The position numbers and the translations under genes are program-made. From positions 3,400-67,399 of the forward strand of contig CALLUQ010000069.1 in the NCBI GenBank assembly GCA_938010565.1: a stretch of 64,000 nt of DNA. The letters run 5' to 3'. Numbering within the stretch: the stretch's first letter is position 1; every line of letters starts with the position of its first letter. A model generated the notes under the pieces. That model worked only from the letters and a program-made list of their open reading frames with translations. It was not told the DNA's origin and did no database searches. This stretch comes from an uncultured Flavobacteriales bacterium. Lineage in GTDB: Bacteria; Bacteroidota; Bacteroidia; Flavobacteriales_D; CALLUQ01. Shown piece after piece: positions 1 through 10,071 of this stretch.

Positions 1-1346
1 TCCGCCACCGCCTGGCGATCGAAGCTCGAAAATACCTGGATGACATTCACTTTCTGGAAGTTGAAACTCCGTACCTTATTAAATCCACACCGGAAGGCGC
101 ACGCGATTTTGTGGTACCTTCACGGATGAACCCCGGGCAATTTTATGCCTTGCCCCAATCGCCGCAAACGTTTAAGCAGTTGCTGATGGTTTCCGGATTT
201 GACCGTTATTATCAAATCGTGAAATGTTTCCGCGACGAAGACCTACGCGCCGACCGGCAGCCGGAATTTACTCAACTGGATTGCGAAATGGCTTTTGCAG
301 ATCAGGAAGATATCCTGCAAACATTTGAAGGCTTAGCCCGCCACCTTTTCAAAACCCTGCTCAATCACGATGTGCCGGAGTTCCGGCGGATGACTTACGA
401 TGATGCCATGCGCCTTTACGGCTCCGACAAGCCCGATTTGCGTTTTGGCATGCCCATCGCGGATCTGAAAGAGGCCGTAAGCGGGGCGGGCTTTAAAGTA
501 TTTGATGCCGCTGAATTGGTTGCAGGGATTTGTGTAACAGGAGCTTCGGGGCTTTCTCGCAAAGAGATCGACCAACTCATTAGCTGGGTAAAACGACCGC
601 AGATAGGAGCCAATGGCATCGTATACTGCAAATGCAATGCAGATGGAACTTTCAAATCCAGTGTCGATAAGTTTTACGATCAGAATGCCCTTAAAAAATG
701 GGCAGAAGCCTGTGATGCCCAGCCCGGAGATCTAATACTGGTAATGGCAGGAGAGTTGCACAAAACCCGCAAACAAATGGGGGAATTGCGCCTTGAGGTA
801 GCCGACCGTCAAGGGTGGAGAGATCCCCAGCAGTTTGCCTGCCTCTGGGTGGTTGACTTTCCACTGCTGGAGTGGAACGATGACCACCAACGCTGGCATG
901 CCATGCATCATCCGTTTACTTCGCCCAAAACAGAAGACATTGCTTTCATGGATACCGATCCGGGTAAGGTACGTGCCAATGCCTACGATATGGTGATCAA
1001 TGGAGCGGAGATCGGAGGAGGATCCATCCGTATCCACGACAAAGAGATGCAGCACCGCATGCTTAAACTTTTAGGCTTTTCGGCCAGTCAGGCCGAAGAG
1101 CAATTTGGTTTCCTGATGAATGCTTTCGAATACGGAGCCCCGCCACACGGAGGAGCCGCTTTTGGATTCGACCGCTGGGTGGCCATTTTTGCCGGGCAAT
1201 ATGATATTAAAGATTTTATCGCTTTCCCCAAAAACAATGCAGGCCGTGATGTAATGATCGATGCCCCTGCTTTCATCGATCAGGAGCAACGCGATGAACT
1301 TTTTCCGGACAACAAAGCTCCGGCAACAACTCCCCCTCACCCTTAG
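1..1346 (+). CDS. aspS: aspartate--tRNA ligase, C-terminal ~445 codons (5' end upstream of window)
   Basis: Frame is open from base 3; the ORF track starts it at an internal Met (111). Class II aaRS motifs read directly: [62 protein letters not shown]. Stop at 1344-1346. Confidence 0.95.
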   Translation, partial: RHRLAIEARKYLDDIHFLEVETPYLIKSTPEGARDFVVPSRMNPGQFYALPQSPQTFKQLLMVSGFDRYYQIVKCFRDEDLRADRQPEFTQLDCEMAFADQEDILQTFEGLARHLFKTLLNHDVPEFRRMTYDDAMRLYGSDKPDLRFGMPIADLKEAVSGAGFKVFDAAELVAGICVTGASGLSRKEIDQLISWVKRPQIGANGIVYCKCNADGTFKSSVDKFYDQNALKKWAEACDAQPGDLILVMAGELHKTRKQMGELRLEVADRQGWRDPQQFACLWVVDFPLLEWNDDHQRWHAMHHPFTSPKTEDIAFMDTDPGKVRANAYDMVINGAEIGGGSIRIHDKEMQHRMLKLLGFSASQAEEQFGFLMNAFEYGAPPHGGAAFGFDRWVAIFAGQYDIKDFIAFPKNNAGRDVMIDAPAFIDQEQRDELFPDNKAPATTPPHP

Positions 1347-1377
1347 ACACACCTTGCTCCCGGCTTACGTTCACAGT

Positions 1378-1407
1378 GCTTTCTTTTTATCGACTAAAAA
1401 AGAAAGC
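1378..1407 (+). terminator. hairpin downstream of aspS (possible terminator)
   Basis: Perfect 10-bp inverted repeat GCTTTCTTTT / AAAAGAAAGC with a 10-nt loop, 32 nt after the aspS stop. No U-tract follows. Confidence 0.35.
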
Positions 1408-1696
1408 GCCCGGGGCCGGTTTCAGGCAAAGACAGAATCAAAGAGGAAAAGCGGGGAGATCTTCTTCAGCTAAGAAAACCTTATTGGGAAAAGCAGGAAT
1501 AAAGAAATTTACATTTTTTCACGATCAAACCGGAAAAAGCTCCGAAATTACAACCTGAACCACAAAAGGCGATGCATGGTTCCGGTCCGGTTTCAGCATC
1601 TGTTGCAGTAAAGTGTTTTATTTTGCATGCAAACAGATTTATGCTTCCGGATGCGGATTTTTTTATACATTTCGCTCAACCCATTTTACCCAAACC

Positions 1697-2581
1697 ATGA
1701 CAGTCGCGATTTACGGTCGTTCGTTTAACGATAGTTTTTGCCCTTTTATCCAGCAACTTTTTGACCGGATAGCAGAGGAAGGAAATCCCATCTACGTTTA
1801 CCACACCTTTCTTTCTTACCTCAAGGTACGCATCAAACTGCCCAAACTGGTAGAAAGCTTTACCGTAACAGCAAAAGAAAGCCTTTCCGTAAAGATCGAT
1901 TACCTGTTCAGCATTGGCGGCGATGGCACATTACTGGAAACCATGCGCATCATCCGCGATTCGGAAATTCCGGTTTTGGGCATCAATACCGGTCGCCTGG
2001 GTTTTTTATCCAGCATTCACCGGGATGATATCAACAAAGCCATTGACCAGATCAAATCGAAAAGTTATCGTTTAGACAAACGATCGCTACTTTATCTGAA
2101 AGACGAAAACGGACTTTTTGACGGGCTGCCCTATGCACTGAACGAATTAACCGTTCACAAAAAAGATTCGTCGAGCATGATTACCATACATGCTTTCATC
2201 GGGGACGACTACCTGAATAGCTATTGGGCAGATGGCCTCATTGTTGCCACCCCAACAGGTAGCACTGCCTATTCAATGAGCTGCGGCGGTCCCATTCTGG
2301 TGCCCGACAGTCCGAACTTTATCATTACACCGATTGCCCCACACAATTTGAATGTACGACCTGTTGTAGTACCGGATAACGTATCTGTTCGATTGAAAGT
2401 TGAAGGGCGTGGAAGGCAGTTTTTGGCCAACCTCGATTCCCGATCGAGAACCATTGAAGCTTCCTCCGAACTGGTCATGTCAAAAGCCGATTTTTTGTAT
2501 CAACTGATCCTCCCTGAAGGGGAGAATTTCCTTAACACGATGAGGAACAAGCTAATGTGGGGAATAGACAGAAGAAATTAG
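1697..2581 (+). CDS. nadK: NAD kinase
   Basis: Motifs FSIGGDGTLLE, NELTVHK, ATPTGSTAYSMSCGGPI. The ORF track starts at 1613; ATG 1697 gives the usual MTVAIYG-type N-terminus. Confidence 0.9.
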   Translation: MTVAIYGRSFNDSFCPFIQQLFDRIAEEGNPIYVYHTFLSYLKVRIKLPKLVESFTVTAKESLSVKIDYLFSIGGDGTLLETMRIIRDSEIPVLGINTGRLGFLSSIHRDDINKAIDQIKSKSYRLDKRSLLYLKDENGLFDGLPYALNELTVHKKDSSSMITIHAFIGDDYLNSYWADGLIVATPTGSTAYSMSCGGPILVPDSPNFIITPIAPHNLNVRPVVVPDNVSVRLKVEGRGRQFLANLDSRSRTIEASSELVMSKADFLYQLILPEGENFLNTMRNKLMWGIDRRN

Positions 2582-2736
2582 ACCCCCTTGAAACCCTCTG
2601 TTGAATAGCCCCGTATAGCTATATATATATAATTGCCTCGTCTGGTTGTGCAGACCCCTCCTCTACCTATCTACTTGCACAGAACCAATTTATCCGGTTA
2701 GTTTTTGCTCGAACAGAGGCTTTTAGAACTCTAACC

Positions 2737-3660
2737 ATGCGTCACACACTATTTACACTATTCGTAGTGCTCATGCTGCCTATACAAAATTTTGCCCAAA
2801 ACAGGCATTGGATATTTTATCGCCACGCGTTGCATTTTGGCTTGGGCACAAGTAATTTTCTGGGAGAGTTGGGAGGAGCCAACCAGATCGGGACCAATGG
2901 CATCAAAGACCTTGAGCTTTCGCTTACCCGATATAGCATTACCGCAGGTTATCGCTATAAACTAACACCTAACATCGGGTTACGAACTTCCTTGATCCAT
3001 GCGCTTCTTCGTGGCGATGATGCAAAAACGGAAGAGATCCACCGAAAAAACAGAAACCTGCATTTCAAATCTCCGATAGTACAGCTGGTAGGTTTGTTCG
3101 AGTGGTATCCTTTCGGTGACAAAACAAGTCGCTTTGCTCGCCTCAAAGGAATAAGAAACCAAAACCTAAACAACTACAACCTTTATTTATTCAGCGGCAT
3201 TGGCGGTTTTTGGTTCAACCCCAAAGCCCAAGCTGCTTCGGATGGCAAATGGCATACCCTCCAACCGCTGGGTACGGAAGGCCAAAGGGTGGCCGGTTCC
3301 GGTGTTCACTCTTACAAACGCATTCAGTTTTCCATTCCGATGGGAATAGGAATAAAATACAATCTCGATCATCAATTGAGCATCGGCCTTGAAATTTGGG
3401 GCCATAAAACCTTTACCGATTACATTGATGACGTAAGCAACGTTTATCACAACAAAGCCGAACTCAGTGCTGTTGGTGGCCCTGTTACCGAAGAGCTTTC
3501 CGACCCTTCTCTGGGGCTGGAAGGATCGGGATGGACACCATCAGGCATCATTCCCGGCCAACAACGAGGTGATCCATCGGATAAAGATTCTTATATTTTC
3601 GCAATATTTACGATTAACTATAAGTTATTACAAGGCCGGCTGCACTTGCCCAAGTTCTAG
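2737..3660 (+). CDS. outer-membrane beta-barrel protein, DUF6089-like (copy 1)
   Basis: Signal peptide MRHTLFTLFVVLMLPIQNFAQ. Shares LQPLGTEGQ and TFTDYIDDVS-type motifs with the next gene. Its position between nadK and uppS is where Bacteroidota carry a DUF6089-type gene (from memory). Confidence 0.65.
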   Translation: MRHTLFTLFVVLMLPIQNFAQNRHWIFYRHALHFGLGTSNFLGELGGANQIGTNGIKDLELSLTRYSITAGYRYKLTPNIGLRTSLIHALLRGDDAKTEEIHRKNRNLHFKSPIVQLVGLFEWYPFGDKTSRFARLKGIRNQNLNNYNLYLFSGIGGFWFNPKAQAASDGKWHTLQPLGTEGQRVAGSGVHSYKRIQFSIPMGIGIKYNLDHQLSIGLEIWGHKTFTDYIDDVSNVYHNKAELSAVGGPVTEELSDPSLGLEGSGWTPSGIIPGQQRGDPSDKDSYIFAIFTINYKLLQGRLHLPKF

Positions 3661-3687
3661 AGACAGGGCAAGTTACCTGATCATCTC

Positions 3688-4554
3688 ATGAAACAAATTG
3701 TCCTTACTCTTACCTTTTTCAACCTTATCTTTTATGCGCCAGCTCAGTCTGTTGCCATTTCTGAGGTTGGAGTAACCGCACTGGGTGCTTACTACATCGG
3801 CGACCTCAACCCTTTTGTCCACTTCAAACAAACCCAACCCGGCGGAGGCCTAACATACCGCCTCAATTTTGACCAACGTTTTGCATTGCGCTCCAGTGTT
3901 GCCTATTCGCAGGTAGAAGGTTACGATAGTAAAACAGGCCTTGCTTTTCAGGTCAATCGCAACTTATCTTTTAAATCACACATTTTTGAGTTTGCCGCTG
4001 TCATGGAGTTTAACTTTTTCGACTATGCCCATGGCAATCTGACACGCAACACTATAGGTGGCAACACCCGCAACCGCTCCGCTTATCTTTCACCCTATAT
4101 GTTTGGAGGAGTTGCTTTTTTCCGAATGAACCCCAAAGGGCGTCTTCCGGAAAATGATACCTGGGTGGAGCTGCAACCTTTGGGCACAGAAGGCCAAGGT
4201 TCCGAAAACAACAACAAAAGGCCATACAGCCTGGGGCAATTGGCCATCCCATTCGGAGTTGGCACCAAATGCAATGTAGGCAAATACGGCACGCTGGCAT
4301 TGGAGTACGGTTTGCGAAAAACCTTCACCGACTTTCTCGACGATGTGAGCGGAAGCTATGTGGACCCGGATGCCCTGACCCTTACCAATGGTCCCCTTGC
4401 GAACAGCCTGTCCGATCAATCCCTTTCTACTCCCGGTTATCCTATAAACGGAACACAACGCGGATTTTCCAACAACAAGGATTGGTATGTTTTTACATCG
4501 CTGCATCTGACTTTCCGGATCGGAAACAAGAATTTGTGTCCTGCCGCCAAATAA
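3688..4554 (+). CDS. outer-membrane beta-barrel protein, DUF6089-like (copy 2, paralog of 2737-3660)
   Basis: Signal peptide MKQIVLTLTFFNLIFYAPAQS. Contains LQPLGTEGQG, TFTDFLDDVS, NNKDWYVF, colinear with copy 1. Confidence 0.65.
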   Translation: MKQIVLTLTFFNLIFYAPAQSVAISEVGVTALGAYYIGDLNPFVHFKQTQPGGGLTYRLNFDQRFALRSSVAYSQVEGYDSKTGLAFQVNRNLSFKSHIFEFAAVMEFNFFDYAHGNLTRNTIGGNTRNRSAYLSPYMFGGVAFFRMNPKGRLPENDTWVELQPLGTEGQGSENNNKRPYSLGQLAIPFGVGTKCNVGKYGTLALEYGLRKTFTDFLDDVSGSYVDPDALTLTNGPLANSLSDQSLSTPGYPINGTQRGFSNNKDWYVFTSLHLTFRIGNKNLCPAAK

Positions 4555-4627
4555 ATCCCCTTCCAAAACCCCGAAATGTCAATTTTTCTTGCGAAATTCG
4601 CGCTTTCGTTTTCATGAGGCAAATGCC

Positions 4628-5392
4628 ATGGATGCAGCCCAGATAAGAGACAAAATTAACCGGAACAGCGTTCCCAGACACATTGCCATTATTATGGACG
4701 GAAACGGACGTTGGGCAGAGCAACAGGGTGAGCAACGTATTTTCGGCCACACTACAGGTGTAGAATCTGTTCGGGAAGTACTCATGGCTGCTCAGGAAAT
4801 AGGAGTGGATTACCTTACGCTTTATGCTTTTTCCACAGAGAACTGGAACCGGCCGGAGTGGGAAGTGAATGCCTTGATGGATCTGTTAGTAAATTCCATT
4901 TCCAATGAAATTGAATCGCTCAACAAAAACAAGGTTCGATTGCTTGCCATAGGCGACTTGGAAAACCTACCTGAAAAGTGCCGCGCCGAGTTAATGCATG
5001 CCATCGATAAAACAAAGCACAACACCGGAGTTCGTTTAATTCTGGCATTGAATTACAGTTCAAAATGGGAACTGACACATGCAATGAAACACATTGCACG
5101 CGACATTGCGGAAAAAAAGCTCATTGCAGAAGAAATAAATGATCATTTAATCAGTTCATACCTGTCAACAGCCCCTTATCCGGACCCCGAGTTATTGATA
5201 CGGACAAGTGGCGAACAACGGATCAGTAATTTTCTTTTATGGCAAATTGCTTATGCTGAGCTTCATTTTACAGAAACACTGTGGCCTGATTTTAAGAAAG
5301 CTCATTTCTTCCAGGCCATCATCGATTATCAGAAAAGAGAACGACGTTTTGGAAAGACAAGCGATCAAATTCGCCCGTCACAACCTGCTTAA
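4628..5392 (+). CDS. uppS: isoprenyl transferase / undecaprenyl-diphosphate synthase
   Basis: Motifs HIAIIMDGNGRWA, YLTLYAFSTENWNRP, RTSGEQRISNFLLWQIAYAE. The ORF track begins at TTG 4589; the first ATG is 4628. Confidence 0.92.
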   Translation: MDAAQIRDKINRNSVPRHIAIIMDGNGRWAEQQGEQRIFGHTTGVESVREVLMAAQEIGVDYLTLYAFSTENWNRPEWEVNALMDLLVNSISNEIESLNKNKVRLLAIGDLENLPEKCRAELMHAIDKTKHNTGVRLILALNYSSKWELTHAMKHIARDIAEKKLIAEEINDHLISSYLSTAPYPDPELLIRTSGEQRISNFLLWQIAYAELHFTETLWPDFKKAHFFQAIIDYQKRERRFGKTSDQIRPSQPA

Positions 5393-7925
5393 CTTTGCCT
5401 TCCTGCTGGCTGCACTCCTTGCTGCACCTACAGTTCAATCGCAGATTCTGATCTCAGGTGATGACAAACTCATTGATTACAGTGTTCCAAAGGAATACAT
5501 CATTGGTGGAATTACCGTAGATGGCTTACGCCACCTCGACAAAAATGCAATCATCCTTTTATCGGGAATGGGCGTGGGCGATAAGGTAACGATCCCGGGC
5601 CAGAAAACAGCAGATGCTGTCCGAAATCTATGGAAACAACAGCTCTTCTCCGAAATCAAGATCAGGGCAACCAAAATTCAGGGCAATACGATTTTTCTTA
5701 CCTATTCCCTTACCGAAAGGCCCCGGCTTTCCTTTTTCAAGTTCGAAGGCATTTCCAAAGGAGAGGTCAACGATATCCGGGAAATGATCGATTACCACAC
5801 GGGAAAGATCGTAACGGAAAACCTGACCAATACCACCCGACACAAAGTGCGTGGCTTTTTTATCGACAAAGGATTTTACAAGGTTGGGGTAGACATCAGC
5901 CAACAAAAAGATACCACCATTAATAACGGGGTGATCTTGACCATCAATGTGGCAAAAGGTTCGCGGATAAAGGTGAAAAACATTGATTTTGAGGGCAATG
6001 AAAACCTTTCTACTGCCAAGCTCCGCCGCACCATGAAAAACACCAAAGAAAAAAAATGGTGGCGCATATTCAGCCCGTCGAAATTCCTGATCGGCCAATA
6101 CGAAGACGACAAAAAAGCCCTTGCAGGCCGTTATAATGTGGATGGATTCCGAGATGCCAATGTGGCTTGGGATTCCGTATATACTTATGATGAAAAGAGC
6201 CTCAACATCAACATTAAAATGGAGGAAGGGCGCAAATATTATTTTCGCAACATCAGTTGGGTAGGCAACACCCTGTACAGCAGCGATGTGCTTGATCGTG
6301 TGCTGGGCATTGAACGAGGAGATGTGTACAATCAGGCCACTTTGGATGCTCGTTTGTTTTACGATCCAAAAGGCGGGCAGGACATTACTTCGCTTTATAT
6401 GGATGATGGCTATCTTTTCTTCAGCATCACTCCGGTGGAAGTGCTTGTGGAAGGCGATTCGATCGACCTTGAAATGCGGATCAACGAAGGCAAACAGGCT
6501 CGGGTAAACCGCATCATCATCAAAGGAAATGTCAAAACCAACGACCATGTTATCCTCCGGGAGATCCGCGTCAAACCAGGCGACCTGTTCAACCGTACCG
6601 ACATTATGCGTACTACACGGGAATTGGCTCAACTGGGGTATTTTGATCCTGAAAAACTGGATGTAAACCCCATTCCGGACCCTGTCAACGGAACGGTAGA
6701 TATCGAATTTCAGGTAGAAGAGCGTTCTTCCGATCAGATCGAACTTTCGGGAGGCTGGGGAGCCGGACGAATTGTAGGAACACTCGGACTTTCGCTGAAT
6801 AATTTTTCTGCCCGTAATATGTTCACAGGTCCTTGGGACCCGGTTCCCTCCGGAGATGGGCAACGCGTTTCAATTCGTGCCCAAAGCAACGGATCGTGGT
6901 TCCAATCGTACAATGCTTCTTTTACGGAACCCTGGCTGGGAGGAAAAAAACCCAATGCGCTGAGCGTTTCCGTTTTCCATTCCATTCAAACCAATGGTCA
7001 ACCCAAAAACATCGAAATAGAAGGAGAAAAAGTACCCAACCCGGATCGCAATTTTATCAAAATTACCGGGGCAAGCCTGGGGTTGGGGCAACGCCTGCGG
7101 TGGCCGGATGATTTTTTCACCGTTTACAACGAAATTTCATACCAGCATTACAACCTGAATAATTTCGGTTCTGTTTTCGCTTTTTCAGAAGGCGAGGCCA
7201 ACAACCTTAGTTATCGTTTTTCTTTATCGCGAAACAGCGTGGATCGCCCCATCTTTCCAATGCGCGGATCCAACGTTACGCTTACGTTAAAATTTACCCC
7301 GCCATTCTCTTTATTTGATGACATTACAGACTACCGGAATGTAAGCGATCAAGATAAATACCGCTGGATCGAATACCACAAATGGAAATTCACTTCAGAG
7401 TGGTTTACTCCTTTAACCAACGGCAAAAACAAACTCGTTTTGCGTACCAAGTTTGGTTTCGGGATTTTGGGGTCTTATAACCAAAGTTTGGGTGCTGCGC
7501 CATTCGAGCGATTCTACCTCGGAGGAAGCGCCCTTACCGGGTTCAGCCTCGACGGGCGCGAGATCATTGCCCTTCGCGGCTACGATGACCTCTCGGTTGC
7601 TCCATCTACAGGGAGTACCATAGTAAACAAATATACCGCAGAGTTGCGCTACCCCCTCTCGCTGAACCCCAATGCCACCATTTTTGCGCTTGCCTTTGCC
7701 GAGGCAGGAAATACCTGGACAAAAGTGAACGATTACAACCCGTTTTCCGTGAAACGTTCGGCCGGGGTCGGAGTACGTATTTTCCTACCTATGTTCGGGT
7801 TAATGGGATTGGATTACGGACTGGGTTTCGATCCTCTGGAAACCGATCCTTTCTTTGTACCCTTCAAAACATCCAAACAAGGGCAATTCCATTTCACCAT
7901 TGGCATGAATCTTGGGGAACTCTGA
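5349..7925 (+). CDS. bamA: outer membrane protein assembly factor BamA
   Basis: Signal peptide KFARHNLLNFAFLLAALLAAPTVQSQ, POTRA-like repeats, then a C-terminal barrel ending GQFHFTIGMNLGEL. There is no ATG near the signal peptide. TTG 5349 was chosen and overlaps the uppS 3' end; the start is uncertain (ORF track: 5208). Confidence 0.88.
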   Translation: MERQAIKFARHNLLNFAFLLAALLAAPTVQSQILISGDDKLIDYSVPKEYIIGGITVDGLRHLDKNAIILLSGMGVGDKVTIPGQKTADAVRNLWKQQLFSEIKIRATKIQGNTIFLTYSLTERPRLSFFKFEGISKGEVNDIREMIDYHTGKIVTENLTNTTRHKVRGFFIDKGFYKVGVDISQQKDTTINNGVILTINVAKGSRIKVKNIDFEGNENLSTAKLRRTMKNTKEKKWWRIFSPSKFLIGQYEDDKKALAGRYNVDGFRDANVAWDSVYTYDEKSLNINIKMEEGRKYYFRNISWVGNTLYSSDVLDRVLGIERGDVYNQATLDARLFYDPKGGQDITSLYMDDGYLFFSITPVEVLVEGDSIDLEMRINEGKQARVNRIIIKGNVKTNDHVILREIRVKPGDLFNRTDIMRTTRELAQLGYFDPEKLDVNPIPDPVNGTVDIEFQVEERSSDQIELSGGWGAGRIVGTLGLSLNNFSARNMFTGPWDPVPSGDGQRVSIRAQSNGSWFQSYNASFTEPWLGGKKPNALSVSVFHSIQTNGQPKNIEIEGEKVPNPDRNFIKITGASLGLGQRLRWPDDFFTVYNEISYQHYNLNNFGSVFAFSEGEANNLSYRFSLSRNSVDRPIFPMRGSNVTLTLKFTPPFSLFDDITDYRNVSDQDKYRWIEYHKWKFTSEWFTPLTNGKNKLVLRTKFGFGILGSYNQSLGAAPFERFYLGGSALTGFSLDGREIIALRGYDDLSVAPSTGSTIVNKYTAELRYPLSLNPNATIFALAFAEAGNTWTKVNDYNPFSVKRSAGVGVRIFLPMFGLMGLDYGLGFDPLETDPFFVPFKTSKQGQFHFTIGMNLGEL

Positions 7926-8008
7926 TCGAATTGTTGTATTTTTACACCCGTGATGTGATCACCATAACATAAATGGAAGAACAGGGGTGTAGCCTAATCC
8001 AGGATCAA

Positions 8009-8536
8009 ATGAAAAAATTATGTTTACTTGTAGTTCTTGTAACCGGTTTAACAGGCTTTTATGCTGAGGTGCAAGCACAAAAATATGCTTTTGTAGATTC
8101 GGAGTACATTCTGAAACAAATTCCGGCTTACAAAGATGCACAAGAACAGTTGGATCAACTTTCGGAACAATGGCAAAAAGAAATTGAAGCGAAATTTGCC
8201 GAAGTGGACCAATTGTATAAAGCATACCTGAAGGAACAAATCCTTCTGACCGAAGAACTCAAGCAACAGCGGGAAGAAGCAATCATTAAGAAAGAAAAAG
8301 AGGCAAAAGACCTTCAGCGCACAAAGTTTGGTGTAGATGGCGATCTGTTCACAAAACGACAAGAGCTGGTGAAACCGATACAAGACGAAGTGTACAGCGC
8401 CATAAAAACCATTGCTGCCGAAGGAAATTATGCGGTTATTTTTGACAAGGCAAACAACTCAAATATAATGTACGCGAACGAACGCTACGATAAAAGCAAT
8501 AAAATACTTGAAAAAATGGGGGTTACTCCCAAATAA
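8009..8536 (+). CDS. OmpH/Skp-family periplasmic chaperone
   Basis: Signal peptide MKKLCLLVVLVTGLTGFYAEVQAQ followed by a K/E/Q-rich coiled coil. Sits in the canonical position after bamA. Start moved to ATG 8009. Confidence 0.85.
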   Translation: MKKLCLLVVLVTGLTGFYAEVQAQKYAFVDSEYILKQIPAYKDAQEQLDQLSEQWQKEIEAKFAEVDQLYKAYLKEQILLTEELKQQREEAIIKKEKEAKDLQRTKFGVDGDLFTKRQELVKPIQDEVYSAIKTIAAEGNYAVIFDKANNSNIMYANERYDKSNKILEKMGVTPK

Positions 8537-8567
8537 AGTTACTCTTTTACGACTGATAATTATTGAG

Positions 8568-9101
8568 ATGAAAAAGACCATCATTTTAGCCATTTGTTTG
8601 TTGACTGTTGGAGCCGGAGTTGCTTTGGCACAACAAAAAGTAGGGCACGTCAATGCCAATGAAATTCTGATTGCCCTTCCGGAGTTTAAAACCGCCAGCG
8701 ACTCGGCCCAAAACCTGGAGTTTTTTTACCAGAATGAACTGAAAGAGCTGCAAGGCGATTTTCAGAAAAGAGCGACTGATTTTCAAGAAAGCCAGGGCAG
8801 CATGAGCGAAGCCATGCGCAAAATCAAATATGAAAGCCTGGTGGAGGAAGAGCAAAAATTACAATTATACGCCCAGGAGGTTCAAAAAGAACTAACCAAT
8901 AAAAAACAATTGCTCATGAAACCCCTTGAGGAAAAACTCATGGGAGCTATTGATGCCGTTGCAAAAGCCAATAAGTATACGTACATCATTGATGCTTCTT
9001 TACTGATCTACGCGGATGGCGACAACATCGCATCATTGGTGTTTGAACACCTCAACATCACTCCACCTGCGGAGACCAGCCTCCAAAACGGAGAAAAATA
9101 A
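8568..9101 (+). CDS. OmpH/Skp-family periplasmic chaperone (second copy)
   Basis: Signal peptide MKKTIILAICLLTVGAGVALAQ followed by a coiled-coil body. Start moved to ATG 8568. Confidence 0.85.
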   Translation: MKKTIILAICLLTVGAGVALAQQKVGHVNANEILIALPEFKTASDSAQNLEFFYQNELKELQGDFQKRATDFQESQGSMSEAMRKIKYESLVEEEQKLQLYAQEVQKELTNKKQLLMKPLEEKLMGAIDAVAKANKYTYIIDASLLIYADGDNIASLVFEHLNITPPAETSLQNGEK

Positions 9102-9126
9102 GCCTTTCACAGTTTTGTATATAGTA

Positions 9127-9164
9127 AAAGCATCCGGCTCATTTTAACCGGATGCTTTTTGTTT
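9127..9164 (+). terminator. Rho-independent terminator after the skp genes
   Basis: Stem AAAGCATCCGG / CCGGATGCTTT (9127-9137 / 9148-9158) with a 10-nt loop, followed by TTGTTT. Confidence 0.6.
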
Positions 9165-9179
9165 CCCCGGGGATGGCTT

Positions 9180-9989
9180 ATGAATACCGATGCTCCTATT
9201 GGCATTTTTGATTCCGGGATCGGCGGACTGACAGTTGCCGGTGCCATTCAAGCCCTAATGCCCGATGAGCAGCTGATCTATTTCGGCGATACGGCACATT
9301 TCCCTTACGGAGAAAAATCGCCTGAAGCGATCCGGAACTACAGCCTCCGGATCAGTGCATTTTTATTGCACAAAGGATGCAAGGCTATTTTGATCGCCTG
9401 TAATTCTGCCTCATCCGTAGCGTATACCCAGGTAAAAAAATATGTTGGAAACAAAGCGCTGGTTGTCAATGTAATTGACCCAATATGCCAATACGCTGCC
9501 ACCCATTACCACCAGACTCGTATTGGCGTAATAGGCACACGCGCCACCATAAAGTCAGAGGTTTATATAAAGCGGATCAAAAAATTAAACCCGGCGCTGG
9601 AAGTGCCTTCTATGGCCACACCGCTGCTGGCTCCTATGATCGAAGAAGGCTTTTTCAACCACACCATCAGCCAAACCGTGATCCACTCCTACCTTTCCGG
9701 AAAACATTTCCAAAACCTGAGTGCACTAATCTTGGGATGTACCCATTACCCACTCATCAAAAAAGAAATACGGGAATACTACAAAAAAGAAGTGGAGATC
9801 ATTGACTCAGCCAACATTGTAGCCCACCATCTTCATCGGAAACTGGCCGAAAATAAGCTCCTACACTCCGGAAACCAAAAAACTGCGCACCGGTTCTTTG
9901 TTTCGGATTATACCCGTTCTTTCGAAAAAAGCAGCCATCTTTTTTTTGGCAGTGCCATCCATCTGGTGGAAGAAAAGCTATTCCACTAA
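9180..9989 (+). CDS. murI: glutamate racemase
   Basis: Motifs IGIFDSGIGGLTV, ILIACNSASS, LILGCTHYPL. Start at ATG 9180. Confidence 0.92.
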   Translation: MNTDAPIGIFDSGIGGLTVAGAIQALMPDEQLIYFGDTAHFPYGEKSPEAIRNYSLRISAFLLHKGCKAILIACNSASSVAYTQVKKYVGNKALVVNVIDPICQYAATHYHQTRIGVIGTRATIKSEVYIKRIKKLNPALEVPSMATPLLAPMIEEGFFNHTISQTVIHSYLSGKHFQNLSALILGCTHYPLIKKEIREYYKKEVEIIDSANIVAHHLHRKLAENKLLHSGNQKTAHRFFVSDYTRSFEKSSHLFFGSAIHLVEEKLFH

Positions 9990-9990
9990 A

Positions 9991-10006
9991 CAGGGCCGAA
10001 GCCCTG
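9991..10006. terminator. short GC hairpin between convergent murI and lipoprotein gene
   Basis: CAGGGC-CGAA-GCCCTG immediately after the murI stop, followed by CAATTGTTTT on the + strand. Confidence 0.4.
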
Positions 10007-10071
10007 CAATTGTTTTGAACCTTACCCTGTTGCGCAAACAGAGCCCGCTAAAAAACGGTGAATGGTTTAAA

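Noticed and set aside
2620-2631. (TA)6 microsatellite upstream of the first DUF6089-like gene
   Set aside because: It is short and intergenic, with no evidence of function. It could influence promoter spacing, but that is pure speculation.
5628-6863. 411-aa ORF antisense to bamA
   Set aside because: It lies entirely inside the well-supported bamA CDS on the opposite strand. Its composition is not protein-like (runs of F/I/H, no motifs), which is typical of a shadow ORF.
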